DNA of 26,919 nt from Candidatus Zhuqueibacterota bacterium (GTDB taxonomy: Bacteria > BS750m-G25): assembly GCA_016783505.1 (NCBI GenBank), contig JADHWK010000004.1, positions 62,001 through 88,919 on the forward strand, read 5' to 3'. Positions within the stretch are counted from its first letter, which is position 1. The number at the start of each line of letters is the position of its first letter. The notes under the pieces are model-generated. The model saw nothing but the letters and a program-made list of their open reading frames with translations. It ran no database searches and had not been told where the DNA came from. Positions 25,178 to 26,919 of the stretch are shown piece by piece. The position numbers and the translations under genes were made by a program.

Positions 25178-26101
25178 CTACAGATAGGTCAACCATCCAT
25201 ATTTATCTTCTGCTTCCCCGTTGATGATTTCAAAGAACCGTTTCTGCAGGGCTTCGGTAATCGGTCCTCTCCGGCCCTCACCAATGACAATACGGTCAAT
25301 GGAACGGATCGGGGTTACCTCGGCTGCCGACCCGGTGAAGAACACCTCATCAGCAATGTATAACATCTCCCTGGGGATAAACTGTTCCCCAACCTCAATA
25401 TCCATGTCGGCCGCAATCTTGATAATGGAATCCCTGGTGATCCCCGGCAGGATGGAAGCCCCTAAGGGGGGAGTAACCATTCTCCCATCCCGGATCAGAA
25501 AGATGTTTTCGCCAGACCCCTCGCTGACATAACCAGCCGCATCCAGGGCGATCCCCTCTACGTAACCATCGGCCAGGGCCTCCAGCTTAATCAGTTGGGA
25601 ATCCATATAATTAGCAGCACACTTGGCTAAAGCGGGCAGGGTGTTGGGGGCCATCCGTGTCCAGGAGGATACCCGTACATCCACCCCCTTTGTCAGGGCT
25701 TCCTCACCTAAGTATTTTCCCCATTTCCAGGTAATAATCACCGTCTCTATGGGACAGGAGGTCGGGTCTACCCCCAGTGAGTGATAGCCCCGGAAAACGA
25801 TGGGTCGAATATAGGCCTCATCGTAGCCATTAATCTTCACTGTATCAATACAGGCCTGGTTCACCTCGTCCTGGGAAAACGGAATATCAATACGATACAT
25901 CTTGGCTGAATCGAACAACCTCCGGGTATGGTCCTTCAGCCGTAAACAGGCCGATCCCTTCGGGGTCTTGTAGCATCTCAGTCCCTCAAAGACCGCCGAT
26001 CCATAGTGGATGACGTGGGAACAGACGTGAACGGTGGCCTCCTTCCAGTCCACAAACTTGCCCGAAAACCAGATCTTTCCCGTCTCATCAAATGCTGCCA
26101 T
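25178..26101 (-). CDS. ilvE: Branched-chain amino acid aminotransferase
   Basis: HYGSAVFEG.R.Y, YIRP, AKCAANY (PLP Lys), EGSGENIF, LPGITR, FFTGSAAEVTPI; GGGAGGG RBS. Confidence 0.95.
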   Translation of the reverse strand: MAAFDETGKIWFSGKFVDWKEATVHVCSHVIHYGSAVFEGLRCYKTPKGSACLRLKDHTRRLFDSAKMYRIDIPFSQDEVNQACIDTVKINGYDEAYIRPIVFRGYHSLGVDPTSCPIETVIITWKWGKYLGEEALTKGVDVRVSSWTRMAPNTLPALAKCAANYMDSQLIKLEALADGYVEGIALDAAGYVSEGSGENIFLIRDGRMVTPPLGASILPGITRDSIIKIAADMDIEVGEQFIPREMLYIADEVFFTGSAAEVTPIRSIDRIVIGEGRRGPITEALQKRFFEIINGEAEDKYGWLTYL

Positions 26102-26128
26102 ATTCCCTCCCTATTTTCTGATCGTTTA

Positions 26129-26919
26129 TCACTTATTCAGCCATTCCCCAATACGATGGATGGCCTTTTTGATCTCATTCAGCGAGGTAGCGTAGGAAAA
26201 CCGGAGATAGCCTTCGGCGTTTTTTCCGAAGTCAATCCCCGGGGTCACCGCAACCCCGGCCTGGGTCAAAATTCGGTTCGCTAATGCTACCGAATCGGCC
26301 CCATATCTTCTGGCGTTCGCCAGCACATAGAAGGCGCCGGTGGGCTCCACTGTAATACCAAAACCAAGCTTACGCAGTTCCCGGATCAAGAATTGCCGCC
26401 GCTGATTGTAAACCCGGACCATCTGGGCTGAGGAATCCTGGGGTCCTTTGAGGGCCGCTACCCCCGCTTTTTGGACAAAGGCGTTAGCCGAGAGAAAAAA
26501 ATTCTGGTGAATTTTATGTAAGCTGCGAATAAAGTCCATGGGGGCGATGATATACCCCAGCCGCCAGCCCGTCATCGCATACAGCTTGGAGAATCCGTTC
26601 AGCACGAAGGCCCGGTCAGTGAACTCCAGAATAGAATGGGCCTTCTCCCCATAGACTACCCGGTGATAGATCTCGTCTGAAATGATGAACCCCGGGAACC
26701 CATCGGCGATCTGGGCCAGGTTAGCCCGGTCGAGGACAATGCCGGTCGGGTTGGAGGGGGAATTTACCATTAAGGCCCTGGTGCGGGGACTAATTTTCTC
26801 CTTTACCCTCCCCCCCGAATAGACGAACCCCTCATCTTCCTTTAGATCAAAGAACACCGGTTTTCCCCCCATAAAGGAGACGGTATTGGGATAGCAGGCG
26901 TAATGGGGGTCGGAGAGGA
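26129..26919 (-). CDS. PLP-dependent class I/II (aspartate-type) aminotransferase, 5' end outside the window
   Basis: NSPSNPTG, SDEIY, GFSKLYAMTGWRLGY, GAFY, LRFSYA. The frame stays open to the window edge (LSDPHYACYPNTVSF precedes the listed Met). Confidence 0.93.
   Translation of the reverse strand, partial: LSDPHYACYPNTVSFMGGKPVFFDLKEDEGFVYSGGRVKEKISPRTRALMVNSPSNPTGIVLDRANLAQIADGFPGFIISDEIYHRVVYGEKAHSILEFTDRAFVLNGFSKLYAMTGWRLGYIIAPMDFIRSLHKIHQNFFLSANAFVQKAGVAALKGPQDSSAQMVRVYNQRRQFLIRELRKLGFGITVEPTGAFYVLANARRYGADSVALANRILTQAGVAVTPGIDFGKNAEGYLRFSYATSLNEIKKAIHRIGEWLNK

Noticed and set aside
1-26919. tRNA, rRNA or known riboswitch genes
   Set aside because: No cloverleaf or recognisable conserved RNA motif seen by eye; a covariance-model search would be needed to exclude them.

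Overview
Bacterial chromosomal segment in which every credible gene lies on the minus strand. In reading order: a partial class I/II aminotransferase, ilvE, nusB, a metallophosphoesterase, an EcoRV-like endonuclease/adenine methyltransferase fusion, secA, topA, an MNT-HEPN toxin-antitoxin pair, xerC, hpf, hprK, PTS IIA and IIB, an AT-rich three-gene secreted-protein cluster (beta-propeller, P-domain/M23-like protein, gingipain-like C25 protein), and a sulfate-activation operon (sat, AlkP-superfamily enzyme, ribbon-helix-helix protein, cysC). The QNYPNPFNP C-terminal sorting domains and the long SecA suggest an FCB-group organism (inference). Four observations stand out. (1) CysC and the small RHH protein end in the same 20-aa tail (..EExxxIxxRLxxLGYL*) that the neighbouring AlkP enzyme lacks, and a perfect 11-bp inverted repeat sits on the operon's -35 box. 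(2) Both toxic nuclease genes carry an 8-nt homopolymer at a critical point, and deleting one base gives a conventional, translationally coupled layout: the HEPN RHFFVH motif is restored, and the REase-MTase fusion splits at a TTGA overlap. (3) Most longer intergenic gaps are filled by period-7/8 tandem units arranged as inverted arms, with 16-31 bp palindromes nested inside them. (4) Both secreted peptidase-like proteins have altered catalytic motifs. All calls come from motif recognition by eye; no database searches were run.
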